From Mobula hypostoma (Eukaryota): a DNA stretch of 64,000 nucleotides. Below are positions 23,028-35,395 of the stretch, piece by piece. The notes beneath the pieces are model-generated. The model ran no database searches, was not told the origin of the DNA, and was given only the letters and a program-made list of their open reading frames with translations. Position 1 is the stretch's first letter. Each line of letters opens with the position of its first letter. The position numbers were made by a program, and so were the translations under genes. The stretch spans positions 230,890,001-230,954,000 of the forward strand of contig NC_086097.1 of assembly GCF_963921235.1 (NCBI RefSeq). The letters are read 5' to 3'.

Positions 23028-25361
23028 CCATAGAACCATAGAAACTACAGCACAGAAACAGGCCCTTTGGCCCTTCTTGGCTGTGCCGAACCATTTTCTG
23101 CCTAGTCCCACTGACCTGCACACGGACCATATCCCTCCATACACCTCCCATCCATGTATCTGTCCAATTTATTCTTAAATGTTAAAAAAGAATCCGCATT
23201 TACCACCTCGTCTGGCAGCTCATTCCATATTCCCACCACTCTCTGTGTGAAGAAGCCCCCCCAATGTTCCCTTTAAACTTTTCCCCCCTCACCCTTAACC
23301 CATGTCCTCCGGTTTTTTTCTCCCCTTGCCTCAGTGGAAAAAGCCTGCTTGCATTCACTCTATCTATACCCATCATAATTTTATATAACCCTATCAAATC
23401 TCCCCTCATTCTTCTACGCTCCAGGGAATAAAGTCCTAACCTATTCAACCTTTCTCTGTAACTGAGTTTCTCAAGTCCCAGCAACATCCTTGTAAACCTT
23501 CTCTGCACTCTTTCAACCTTATTTATATTCTTCCTGTAATTTGGTGACCAAAACTGAACACAATACTCCAGATTCGGCCTCACTAATGCCTTATACAACC
23601 TCATCATAACATTCCAGCTCTTATACTCAATACTTTGATTAATAAAGGCCAATGTACCAAAAGCTCTCTTTACGACCCTATCTACCTGTGACGACACTTT
23701 TAGGGAACTTTGTATCTGTATTCCCAGATCCCTCTGTTCCACTGCACTCCTCAGTGCCTTACCATTAACCCTGTATGTTCTACCTTGGTTTGTCCTTCCA
23801 ACGTGCAATACCTCACACTTGTCAGTATTAAACTCCATCTGCCATTTTTCAGCCCATTTTTCCAGCTGGTCCAAGTCCCTCTGCAGGCTCTGAAAACCTT
23901 CCTCACTGTCTACTATACCTCCAATCTTTGTATCATCAGCAAACTTGCTGATCCAATTTACCACATTATCATCCAGATCATTGATATAGATGACAAATAA
24001 CCATGGACCCAGCACTGATCCCTGTGGCACACCACTAGTCACAGGCCTCCACTCAGAGAAGCAATTCTCTACCACCACTCTCTGGCTTCTTCCATCGAGC
24101 CAATGTCTAATCCAATTTACCACCTCTCCATGTATACCTAGCGACTGAATTTTCCTAACTAACCTCCCATGCGGGACCTTGTCAGAGACCTTACTGAAGT
24201 CCATGTAGACAATATCCACTGCCTTCCCTTCATCCACTTTCCTGGTAAACTCCTCGAAAAACTCCAACAGATTGGTCAAACATGACCTACCACGCACAAA
24301 GCCATGTTGACTCTCCCTAATAAGCCCCTGTCTATCCAAATGCTTGTAGATTCTGTCTCTTAGTACTCCCTCCAATAACTTACCTACTACTGACATTAAA
24401 CTCACCGGCCTATAATTTCCCGGATTACTTTTCGATCCTTTTTTAAACAACGGAACAACATGAGCCACTCTCCAATCCTCCGGCACTTCACCCGTAGACA
24501 GCGACATTTTAAATATTTCTGCCAGGGTTCCCGCAATTTCAACACTAGTCTCCTTCAAGGTCCGAGGGAACACTCTGTCAGGTCCCGGGGATTTATCCAC
24601 TTTAATTTTCCTCAAGACAGCAAGCACCTCCTCCTTTTCAATCTGTACAGTTTCCATGGTCTCACTACTTGATTCCCTCAATTCCATAGATTTCATGCCA
24701 GCTTCCTTAGTAAATACAGACGCAAAAAACCTATTTAAGATCTCCCCCATTTCCTTTGGTTCCGCACAAAGCCGACCACCCTGATCTTCAAGAGGACCAA
24801 TTTTATCCCTTACAATCCTTTTGCTCTTAATATACTTGTAAAAGCTCTTTGGATTATCCTTCACTTTGACTGCCAAGGCAACCTCATGTTTTCTTTTTGC
24901 CCTCCTGATTTCTTTCTTAAGTATTTTCTTGCACTTCTTATACTCCTCAAGCACCTGATTTACCCCCTGCTTCCTATACATTTCATACAACTCCCTCTTC
25001 TTCTTTATCAGAGTTGCAATATCCCTTGAGAACCAAGGTTCCTTATTCCTATTCAATTTGCCTTTAGACAGGAACATACAAACTCTGCACTCTCAAAATT
25101 TCCCCTTTGAAGGCTTCCCACCTACCAATCACATCTTTGCCAGAGAACAACCTGTCCCAATCCACGCTTTTTAGATCCTTTCTTATTTCTTCAAATTTGG
25201 CCTTCTTCCAGTTCAGAACCTCAACCCTAGGACCAGATCTATCCTTGTCCATGATCAAATTGAAACTAATGGTGTTATGATCACTGGAACCAAAGTGCTC
25301 CTCTACACAGACTTCTGTCACTTGCCCTAATTCGTTTCCTAACAGAAGATCCAATATTGCA
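23028..25361 (-). mobile_element. CR1 LINE, 5'-truncated within the endonuclease, well preserved
   Basis: (accataga)n tail, GSSDHNTISF endonuclease motif and a complete RT domain. Confidence 0.95.
23200..25077 (-). pseudogene. CR1 ORF2 reverse transcriptase reading frame (625 aa open)
   Basis: KSPGPD, PEDWRVAHVVPLFKKG, NYRPVSL, GVPQGSVLGP, FADD. AFDKV is mutated to VSDKV; frameshifts near 25065 and near the C-terminus. Confidence 0.92.
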
Positions 25362-25992
25362 TCCAATATTTGAAAGAGAAAGAAGATGCAAAAGAAGTGA
25401 AAGAAGATGTTTCGTGAACCGTTTGAAGGATGTCGCCCTTGATCGCGTTGTTCATCTGCGCCATCTTCTGATTCAATCCCATTTTCACATTTGTGTTGAG
25501 ATTCTCCCAGCATTTGACGTGCAGCTAATGATGTCAAATATTTTGCAACATCAAACCCTCGTGATGCAAATCGTGGCCAACAGGTTCAGAAAACAAACGT
25601 CATTGAATAATCACTTAAATTAGGCAATGCCACATGCTAGCTTCTTCATTTTAACACCTCTGGAAGGTTCTCTACATATAACACAGAACTATGTAACACA
25701 GGGCCATGCCCTTCAACCCATACTGGCTGACCATAATGCGAATCTAGACTAATCCCATTTCTCTGCACAAGGTTTGTATCATTCTATTCCCTACAACACA
25801 AACTATTATTTACAAACTATTTCTCAGTATTGACTAAACAGGTAATAGCACAATAACAGTCCTGGCAGCTTGTAATTATGAATCAGCGAGTGAAGTATAT
25901 CAAACAGATTATGAATTATACATTTTACTGGTTGATTTACACCATTCAAACATCAGTTTACTGTAAAAGGCATCATGGTTTATATTTTGATT

Positions 25993-26030
25993 CAGTCCTG
26001 ATGAAGGGTTTTGGCCTGAAACGTCGACTG
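25993..26030 (+). ncRNA. Minimal type-I hammerhead ribozyme motif, intact core (Penelope-derived unit extends to about 26093)
   Basis: CAGUC-CUGAUGA-AGG(GUUUUGG)CCU-GAAAC-GUC-GACUG: 5-bp stem I, palindromic ACGU in place of stem III, predicted cleavage after 26025. Confidence 0.75.
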
Positions 26031-27239
26031 TTTACTCTTTTCCACAGATGCTGCCTAGCCTGCCGAGTTCCTCCAGCATTTTGTTTGTGTTGCAACACAT
26101 TGCACTGTACGTTTTGATGTACATGTGACAAATAAAGCTTACTTCTCTCTTTTTTTAATCTTTCTCCCCCAGATTTTCCTGAATTGTGGTTTGCGTCTCA
26201 CTACAGTGTAAAGAACAACACTGTGAGTCTCTCCATGTCAGGAAAGATGTAGGTGGTTGCAGATCCACCTACAGTCGCTCGCTCACTCCGTCTTGCCGTA
26301 ACCTCACTCCTTGCATTCATCTAAGCTGATGCGTCATCAACATTTAATTTCTAAATATTTTCTCACTTCTTCATTCACCCACCTTTTATTTCCACTTGGT
26401 CTCAAACAAAATGAGGCATCAGCCTCACCAAATGTGTTGCATTCAAAAGCTGAACAGATCATCGAAAGACTGTCCAAGGTCTGTTCCATCCCTGCTGCAA
26501 CAGAACACGAGGGAAAGGACCAAGATATGCAGTTACCGCAGTTAAAACCATCAGAGTACGAGGCCACGGAGAAAAGCAGGGCTCGTGTTTATCAAAGGCC
26601 ATGCAGACAAGTGGTATATCTGTGCCGAATGCTATTGGAGCAGGACAGGTCAGGGTTCTTCATCATACACACAACAGGAATCCGAAGCGATGACATGCTC
26701 TGTGGGTACATTATCACAAGAAGCACATCAAACATGCATGGGTGTACTTTAATAAAATATAATTTTGGTTATTGCCTAATCACATGGCTTGGGAAAAGTT
26801 TTGCTTTGATAATATTGCTTTACTGAGGTTTTGGAGCATTCACTGTGGCTAATTTTGAGCTACAAATCAGTGAAGATTTCTTATTAAGAACTCCTACATT
26901 AAGGAATAGCAGAGCAGACTCGATGGGCCTATAGTCTTATACTTAAACTTCATCAGGATCAAAAGACTGATCGCCAATCTGCTTTCTAACCAACAGTATA
27001 GTTCAAATATATCTTCAGAATATTATTAGAAATATATGCCCTTGCCAGTTTCATTCAGTGAGAGAACTACTATAAGTGAAAGTATCTTATTGGACTACTG
27101 CAAATATTCTAAATGAAGCAAGATATTAACATATGGAGTATAACTTCCCACCCCACCCCCAAATATTCTGTGAAACACTCAATTAGTGAATGCTTAGTGC
27201 TGTGTGAATGTGAAGTGAGAAAAACCCTACCGCACAACT

Positions 27240-27500
27240 GCTATAGACCAATACAGCACACAAACAGGCCTGTTGGTCCAGAATGTTGTGCTGAACCAGA
27301 TAAATTACTAATCAAATGGCCAACTAAACTGATCCACTTTGCCTACACAACGTCTATATCCTTCCATTTTCCTCACATTCATGCGTCTCTCCAAACATCT
27401 CTTAGGAGTCTAGTGTATCTGCCTCTATCACTAGGCCAGGCAGTGCATTCCAGGTACCACCCCCCCGCCCCCCACTCTCTGTGTAAAGAACCTGCGTTTT
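27240..27500 (-). mobile_element. CR1 3' end, decayed
   Basis: atagaccaatacagcacacaaacaggcc...gcagtgcattccagg...cactctctgtgtaaa. Confidence 0.7.
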
Positions 27501-30067
27501 GACATCTCCTTTCACCATATGCACTTCGAATTGTTGTATTAACTTATTTATGGCAATATTTTGTTTTATATGCTGTGTGGGTGCACCGTGGACCAGAGGA
27601 ACTTTGTTTCATTTGGCTGTATACATGTACAGACAGATGACAATAAACTTGAACTTGTTCCCAACAATGAGGGAAAAATAACTCTTTAAGGTGATTACAT
27701 ACCAAAATATTACAATGCCCCTACAATTAAACAAAAAACACTCTTAGCCTGGTGGATCATTCCAGGCAACATTCAAACTGTAGATGTTACATCCCTTTGC
27801 CAGATCTACTGGAGTTCCTCCTCTATGCATCATGAAAATTACCCCCACTTTTACTTAGAAACTAATTTCTTTGGTGAACCACAATTTGTTCAGCAGTCAG
27901 ATTAAGATTTCTCATGCTTTCTTTTTATTATTTAGCAGCCTAAGCCGAAGATATGTTTTTTTCTGCTGGTACAATGAAAACCAAGAAGCCAGTTTTTAAT
28001 CTTTTCCCCTGATTAATGTAACATGAGCACGCTCACATATAACCTCAAAACTCTAGGGACAGCAAGGTGTTCTCATTAGTTCTTTTTTTACTTTAATTTT
28101 AATCTGCATTCTCTATCATAAAATCTGACGCTATAATCACACGTACCGATAGAAAATTATGATCAAAAGGCACAGCAGTAAGATGAACCCAGTTTCTATT
28201 GACAGCTATATTCAAATTATGCGCATCAGAAGTGGCTGATCTGTAGATGAGGAAGGTGGTGTTGTAACAAGCAAAACTAAATTAATCAGAAAATATTTAC
28301 AATCTGATCATTAAATCAGTGCAACTGTAATATGGTGGCAACATGCTGGTTGGTGAAGTGAACAGGGCTTGACAATAGACCCCAGAGGGGAAGAATATGT
28401 CAGTACTAATATTGTACAGCTCTTAGGCACAACATTTGCTAAAAGATTTCTTATCTCTATGTAAGAGGCAGACTGATGCGAGGAGCTGTCAACATAGTAT
28501 GTATCAACTAAAGCACTGCAGTAACACCAAGACAATGTAAAACTCCAGCAGTCAAATATTGGACCATGCAACCCCATGAGAACTATATCAAATATTTTTC
28601 GCTTCTGAACTTATGATATTCCTCTTCAATTATGTGTGCAGCTTTGGAGGCAAGAATTTTTGTTTTTCGTTACTCCGAAAATCTAAGAGACTAGTTTATG
28701 GTTTCTTAAGATGTGAATTGATGGCATATGCAAGTTACCAACCAACTGCCGTGGGCGATTTTAATGTAACAAGAACAAGCAATCTTATAAGCACAAAAAA
28801 CTGAGGTTTTCCAAAAAAATGAAAACTTTAAATCCTAGTGTGACTGAAATAGTATTAGATCATGGAGCTGTGAACCAGGAAAAGTAAATACATTTCAAAT
28901 TAAATGGTCAGAGAGAATGATGGCTCACTTCAAGTTTTGAACGGGTTTTTTTTACACAGCAATTGCAATGCCGGATTTTTAGCTATAATTAAGATAGCGA
29001 CTACAATTTATAAAACCACCATTAATAAAAAAAACCATGCTTGAAGGTGCTTCAGAGAAGAATAATCAGAAAGAAAAACAGATAACAATTGAAGAAGGTA
29101 GTGATCCTAACCAAAACATTGTTATAAAGAAGAAGCCGGCTATTAAGGATTATCTTAAAGGAGGTGGAACCAGGTAGTTGGAGGGAATTGAGCAGTTAAT
29201 TGCGAAACACAATAGGGTGAAGGGAACTCTTTAATATTCTGTATGTAAAGGAGTTCTGGGGAGTGTGTGTGGAAGAAACTTAACGATGGAGAGCAGTAAA
29301 TCAAGTTACCCAAGTGGCACACCATGGTTGGCAGTAACTTTGGTATAGGCAGGGGTGAGGGGGTGTTGGTGACAGGAATATATGAGATGTGACAGAAATC
29401 AAATGAGGGAATAACATTCCATTTCCTCAACAAAAGCCCTATATGGAACCATAAATATTTCATCCACTGGGTCAGAGGTCTCCGAGAAGATGACATTTGT
29501 CCATATGCTGGTTGCTAAATTGTAAGGTTTCAGAATTACTTTTGATATAATTAATAACAAATTACAGAATATACTGCATACCAAGTGGAAGTATGCAAGC
29601 TTAGATTTTTTCCCTTTAATAAAACAGTCTGAATATTTCTAATTTCATTAGTATGAGTTATAGTGACAAAATGGATTAGTCTCTTAAAATGGATGGACTG
29701 CACCTAGCTATTTTCCAGTCAAGAATTTTGTTGTTTAGATCTATCATTAAATCTTTCACACTTAAGGTTGAGTGGGAGTGAAACATACATATGGAAATTG
29801 TGAACTGCTCTTCAAATGATCCCATGTAGAGAACAAAAAAGGGGGTGATCATTTTGTGAGGCGTGAAATGAAAGGCCTTCCAGCAGTCTGCAGGGTATAG
29901 CAGAGTAGATATGTTGTAGTCAAATCACAGAGCAATGTGAGTAGAAGGGGATTTAACTTCCCCAATTGTAACTGAGATTGTGGTAGCATGGAAGGCTGTT
30001 GCAGGAAGGAATTTTCCAAGTGTGCGTAGCAGATATTTTTGACCCAGTACATAGATAATCTGACAAG

Positions 30068-30510
30068 AGAAGTTCAAAGTGCAATGTAAATTTATTATCG
30101 AAGTAATATATGTCACCAAATATTAATCTGAGATTCATTTTCATGCAGGCATTCAGAGTAGAACAAAGAAATACAATATAAATAATGAAAAACTGCACAC
30201 AAAGACTGACAAACCACCAATATGCAAAAGACAAACTGTGCAAATACAAAATAATAATAATAATAATGATGATAATGACAATAATAAATAATACTGAGAA
30301 CATGAGTTTAGAATCCTTGAAAGTAAGCCCATAGGTTGTTGAATCTGTTCAAAGTTGAGGTGAATGAAGTTATCAACGCTGGTTCTGGAGCCTGATGGTT
30401 GAAGGGTAATAACTTTGCCTGAACCTGGTGGTGTGGAACCTAAAGCTCCTGTACTTCCTTCCAGATGGCAGCAGCGAGAAGAGAGCATGACCTAGATGGT
30501 GAAGGTTCTT
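30068..30510 (-). mobile_element. Rex1/Babar LINE 3' end
   Basis: LPSGRKYRS-type coding end, 3'UTR with (att)n, and aataaatttacattgcactttgaact tail. Confidence 0.8.
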
Positions 30511-30511
30511 G

Positions 30512-31065
30512 AAGGACCAGTACTGGAAATATAGCCATGGTTGAAGGTAGTGACCATAACTCGGTAAATTTCAAGGTAGTTATAGAAAAGAGTAAAGGTA
30601 GTCTGGAAGTTAAATTTGGGAATCGGAAAAAGGCCCATTTCAATGCCATAAGGCAAAACATGGCATAAACTGACTGGGCACAGTTATCTGCAGCTAGATC
30701 TACATCAGACAAGTGGGAGTCATTCATAAGTTCAATAACTTGCAAGTTCCTTTAAAAGCAAAAGGTATGGATAACAATTCTGTGGAATCCATGTTATCAA
30801 GATATATTGAGGACTGGATAAAAAATGGAAGCACATCCCAGTTATGGAAAACCAGAAACACAGGAGGCCTTTATCTCCTGGAGAATATAAAGTGGAGGAT
30901 GCATACTTGCAAAGGAAATTAGGAGAGCAAAGGTGAGGGGGGGGGGAAGAACTCAAAGTATCACTGGCAGACATGATTAAGGAAAATCCCAAAGCATTTT
31001 ATAGGGATATTAAGGAAAAGAGCATAACCAGGGAAATCATAACGCCAGTGAGGAACCAAGTTAGG
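30512..31065 (+). mobile_element. CR1 fragment (endonuclease end and tether), decayed
   Basis: GSDHNSVNF and LADMIKENPKAFYRDIK motifs. Confidence 0.75.
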
Positions 31066-31984
31066 ACAATGGGCTGAACATGAGTGACTTGTTGGCAAGG
31101 TTAGCATAGCTGCTGGTTAGTCAGCTGTAATTTCAACTGCGTTGCCTTTGAAAAGGCAGTCTCAATGCTGAAAAGTAAGCCGAATGAAATGTTTAGCAGA
31201 CCACTGAGAAAGTCTGCATGCAACACAAAGAAGCATGGAAGAGTACAGCACTAATCTTTTATTGAGCTTTCCACAAGGCTTTCATGTTCTTCAGCCTGGG
31301 ATTGGTGAACAAAACTACTGACAATCCTGTGGACCTAAGTATAATGCTGAGCCTAATGTTTGATGTGTCAGCTTCTTTGATGCACAAGCAGAAGTTGCAC
31401 AATGCATGTATAAAACAGCTTCTAGAATATTACAGCAACTTAGTTATCTTCAACAGCATCACTGGTTTAACACAGGCACTTGGTGGAAACAACCATTTAT
31501 CTCCCTCCCTCTCCCTCTCTCAGGCTGACGTCAACTGTGATCCAACCAGTGCCACCATGCCAATGCACGTCCGACTGCTCATCCTGATTACTGCAGCCCA
31601 TGTCAAAAAGGTTCCGCCTGAAGCTGGGGTTCTTCTTGCAAGTTCAACGGTAACCTCCTCCAGGGAAAGCCAGCAGCCTTTCGGCAGACGTGCTGGAGCC
31701 ATAAAAAAGTAATTCATAGAAACATGGAGACAGGTAAAGATGTCTTGTAGGCAGACACTAAAACAACACACAAGGATGATGAGGCTCATTTTGATTGACA
31801 AATTTGTTCGAATATTTATAGTTTTGCTGATGTTGTGCCAACCTTTTTAACCCTACTCAGAGATTAATCGAGTGCTGTGGTTCTTAAACATTTTTTGGGT
31901 TAATGCTCTGTAGGCTCCTAGACCATATCCCCAGTGCCCCCAACTATAAAGAACTATGATTTATGCTCCACAGTAAAAGAGAAT

Positions 31985-32199
31985 GTAGGCTTCCATTAGT
32001 CTCATGAGACCATGGATTTGCACCTTGGAAGGTTTCCAGGGCGCAGGCCTGTGCAAGGTTGTCTGGAAGACCGGCAGTTCCCCATGATGCAAGTCTCCCC
32101 TCTCCACACCACCAATGTCGTCCAAGGGAAGGGCATTAGGACCCATACAGCTTGGCACCGGTGATGTCGCAGAGCAATGTGTGATTAAGTGCCTTGCTC
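31985..32199 (-). mobile_element. RTE-tailed SINE, 5'-truncated, with 10-bp TSD
   Basis: Homologous to 35396-35707. aaaagagaat at 31975-31984 and 32200-32209. Confidence 0.88.
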
Positions 32200-32289
32200 A
32201 AAAGAGAATAGGAACTACAATTTCAAAGCAGTGACAAATAATTGCAAAAATTATTCAAATTTATTTAAGGCTACAAATAAAATTACTTT

Positions 32290-34325
32290 GACATGAGGAA
32301 ATCTGCAGATGCTGGAAATTCAAGCAACACATACAAAAAATGCTGGTGAATGCAGCAGACCAGACAGTATCTACAGGAAAAGGTACAGTCGACGTTTCGG
32401 GCCGAGACCCTTCATCAGGACTAACTGAAAGAAGGGATAGTAAGAGATTTGAAAGTGGGAGGGGGAGATCCAAAATGATAGGAGAAGACAGGAGGGGAGT
32501 GGTGGATCTAAGAGCTGGAAAGTAGATTGGCAAAAGGGATACCAGACTGGAGAAGGGAGAGGATCATAGGACGGGAAGCCTGGGGCAAGAGAGAAGAGGG
32601 GAGGGGAGCCCGGAGGGTGGAGAGCAGGCAAGAAGTTATAGTGATGGGGCAGAGGGAGAAAAAAGAGAGAGAGAGAAAAAAGGGGGGGGGGAATAAAAAA
32701 TATATTAAATAAATCAATAAGGGATGTGGTGTGAAGGGGAGGAGGGGCATTAATGGGAGTTAGAGAAGTCAATATTCATGCCATCAGGTTGGAGGCTACC
32801 CAAATGGAATATAAGGTGCTGTTCCTCCAACCTGAGTGTGGCTTCATCTTGACAGTAGAGGAGGCCGTGGATAGACATATCAGAATGGGAATGGGACATG
32901 GAATTAAAATGAGCGGCCACTGGGAGATCTTGCTTTCTCTGGCGGACAGAGCGTAGGTGTTCAGCGAAATGGTCTCCCAGTCTGTGTCGGGTCTCACCAA
33001 TATATGGAAGGCTGCACCGGGAGCACCGGATGCGGTATATCACCCCAGCCGACTCACAGGTGAAGTGTCACCTCACCAGGAAGGACTGTCTGGGGCCCTG
33101 AATGATGGTGAGGGAGGAAGTGTAAGGGCATGTGTAGCACTTCTTCTGCTTACAAGGATAAGTGCCGTGGGGAGAACGGTGGGAAGAGTTGGGGGGACAA
33201 ATGGACAAGGGAGTCGTGTAGGGAGCGATCCCTGCGGAAAGCAGTGGTGGGGGGGAGGGAAAGATGTGCTTGGTGGTGGGATCCTGTTGGAGGTGGAGGA
33301 AGTTATGGAGAATTATATGCTGGACCCAGAGGCTGGTGGGGTGGTAGGTAAGGACAAGGGGAACCCTATTCCTAGTGGGGTTGTGGGACGATGGGGTGAG
33401 AGCAGATGTGCATGAAATGGGAGAGATGCGTTTGAGAGCAGAGTTGATGGTGGAGGAAGGGAAGCCCCTTTCTTTAAAAAAGGAGGACATCTCCTTCGTC
33501 CTGGAATGAAAAGCCTCATCCTGAGAGCAGATGCAGCGGAGATGGAGGAATTGCGAGAAGGGGATAGCATTTTTGCAAGAGACAGAGTGGGAAGAGGAAT
33601 AGTCCAGGTAGCTGTGAGAGTCCATAGGCTTATAGTAGACATCAGTAGATAAGCTGTCTCCAGAGACAGAGACAGAAAGATCAAGAAAGGGGAGGGAGGT
33701 GTCGGAAATGGACCAGGTAAACTTGAGGGCAGGGTGAAAGTTGGAGGCAAAGTTAATGAAGTCAACGAGCTCAGCATGCGTGCAGGAAGCAGCGCCAAAG
33801 CAGTCGTCGATGTAGCGAAGGAAAAGAGGGGGACAGATACCAGTATAGGCTTGCAACATGGATTGTTCCACAAAGCCAATGAAAAGGCAGGCATAGCTGG
33901 GACCCATATGGGTGCCCATGGCTACACCTGTAGTTTGGAGGAAACAGGAGGAGCCAAAGGAGAAATTGTTAAGAGTAAGGACTAATTCTGCTAGACAGTG
34001 GTGGTAGAGGGGAACTGGTTAGGTCTGGAATCCAAAAAGAAGTGGAGAACTTTGAGACCTTCCTGGTGGGGGATGGAGGTATATAGGGACTGAACATTCA
34101 TGGTGAAAATAAAGCGCTGGGGGCCAGGGAACTTAAAATCATTGAAAAGATTCAGAGCGTGAGAAGTGTCACGAACATAGGTGGGAAGGGTTGAACAAGG
34201 GGGGATAAAACAGTGTCGAGGTATGCAGAAATGAGTTCAGTGGGGCAGGAGCAAGCTGAGACAATGGGTCTACCTGGGCAGGCAGGTTTGCGGATCTTGG
34301 GTAGGAAGCAGAAACGGGAAGTGCT
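32290..34325 (-). mobile_element. Penelope-like element (RT, GIY-YIG endonuclease, terminal repeat)
   Basis: ORF 33068-33919 (MGTHMGPSYACLF, LRYIDD, PFLD) and ORF 32750-33043 (IYRIRC...YIGET...RL..HFAEH). Pyrimidine-rich 3' region and hammerhead-bearing terminus. Confidence 0.93.
32387..32422 (-). ncRNA. Minimal type-I hammerhead ribozyme motif in the Penelope terminus, intact core
   Basis: Minus strand AGUC-CUGAUGA-A-GGG(UCUCGG)CCC-GAAAC-GUC-GACU. Confidence 0.8.
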
Positions 34326-34561
34326 TCTTTATTTACTTCTTTAAAATTTAATTATCCTGGAAGCAGAAGACTTAGAGATGTTGGTGAGCAGGAAACAGGT
34401 TCTCTTTTCTAATATTGGCATCAGATGAGTTGTTCCAGCCTGGAAAAATGCTGCATAGATTGCTTCGCTTTTGGCTGCTTTACAACTATTTGCTCTGTAG
34501 CTGCTGGCAAGAGCTGAGCCCCACGAAATTGAAATTGCGCAACATTACTGCAGACTACCAT

Positions 34562-35300
34562 GAATCAGAGGTGGAGAGGGTCGGGTCAGTAATTCTAATT
34601 CTTGGGTGTCACTATCTCAGAGGACCTGTCGTGGACCCATCATATAAATATAATTGAGAAGAAAGCACGACAGCACCTCTACTTCCTCAGGAGTCTGAGG
34701 TGGTTCAGACTCTCATTGAAAGTCGTGGCAAAACTCTATGGATGTGTGGGGAAAGTGTGCTGACTGGCTGCCTTACCACCTGGTATGGGAACACCAATGC
34801 CTTTGAGGGGAAAATCCTACAAAAGGTAGTGGATTTGGCCTAGTACATCTTGGGCAAAACCCACCCAACAACTACTGAGCACATCCACATGAAATGTTGC
34901 CATAGGGAAGCAGCATCCATTATCAAAGATCCTCTCCACCCAGGCAAAGCTCTATTCTCGCTGCTGCCATCAGGTAGAAGGTACAAGAGCCTCAGGAATC
35001 GCACCACAAAAGTCAAGAACAGTTACTACCCCTCAACCATCAGGCTCTTGAACGAAACAGGTTTAACTACAGTTATTTAAGCACTCTTTTATCTCATTAT
35101 TTCAAGCTCATTGTTTATTGGTTTTTATTTATATCTGCATTTGCATAGTTTGCTGTCCATTGATCCTGTTTACAGTTACTGTTCACAAACAGGAGAAAAT
35201 CTACAGATGCTGGAAATCTATAGATCCACTTAGAATGCCTGCAGAAAAAAAGAATTTCAGGGGATACTCTGATAATAAATTTTTACTTTGACTTTGAACC
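34562..35300 (+). mobile_element. Rex1/Babar LINE 3' fragment
   Basis: ORF 34850-35080 (AASIIKDPLHPGKALFSLLPSGRRYKS) and gataataaatttttactttgactttg tail. Confidence 0.85.
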
Positions 35301-35395
35301 TTGTGAACTATTCTGCTAAATGCTGCAGGTCTTCTCTAGCAGGCATGACAATGTATCGTACAATAGCATTGCATTTCCTATTTGCATATATATAA

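Noticed and set aside
26311..26826. 171-aa ORF in unique sequence
   Set aside because: Non-ATG start, no recognisable domain and no supporting gene structure.
31284..31712. 142-aa ORF containing a pyrimidine tract and cag acceptor-like site near 31523
   Set aside because: Weak donor, unrecognisable peptide, and the tract is a CT microsatellite.
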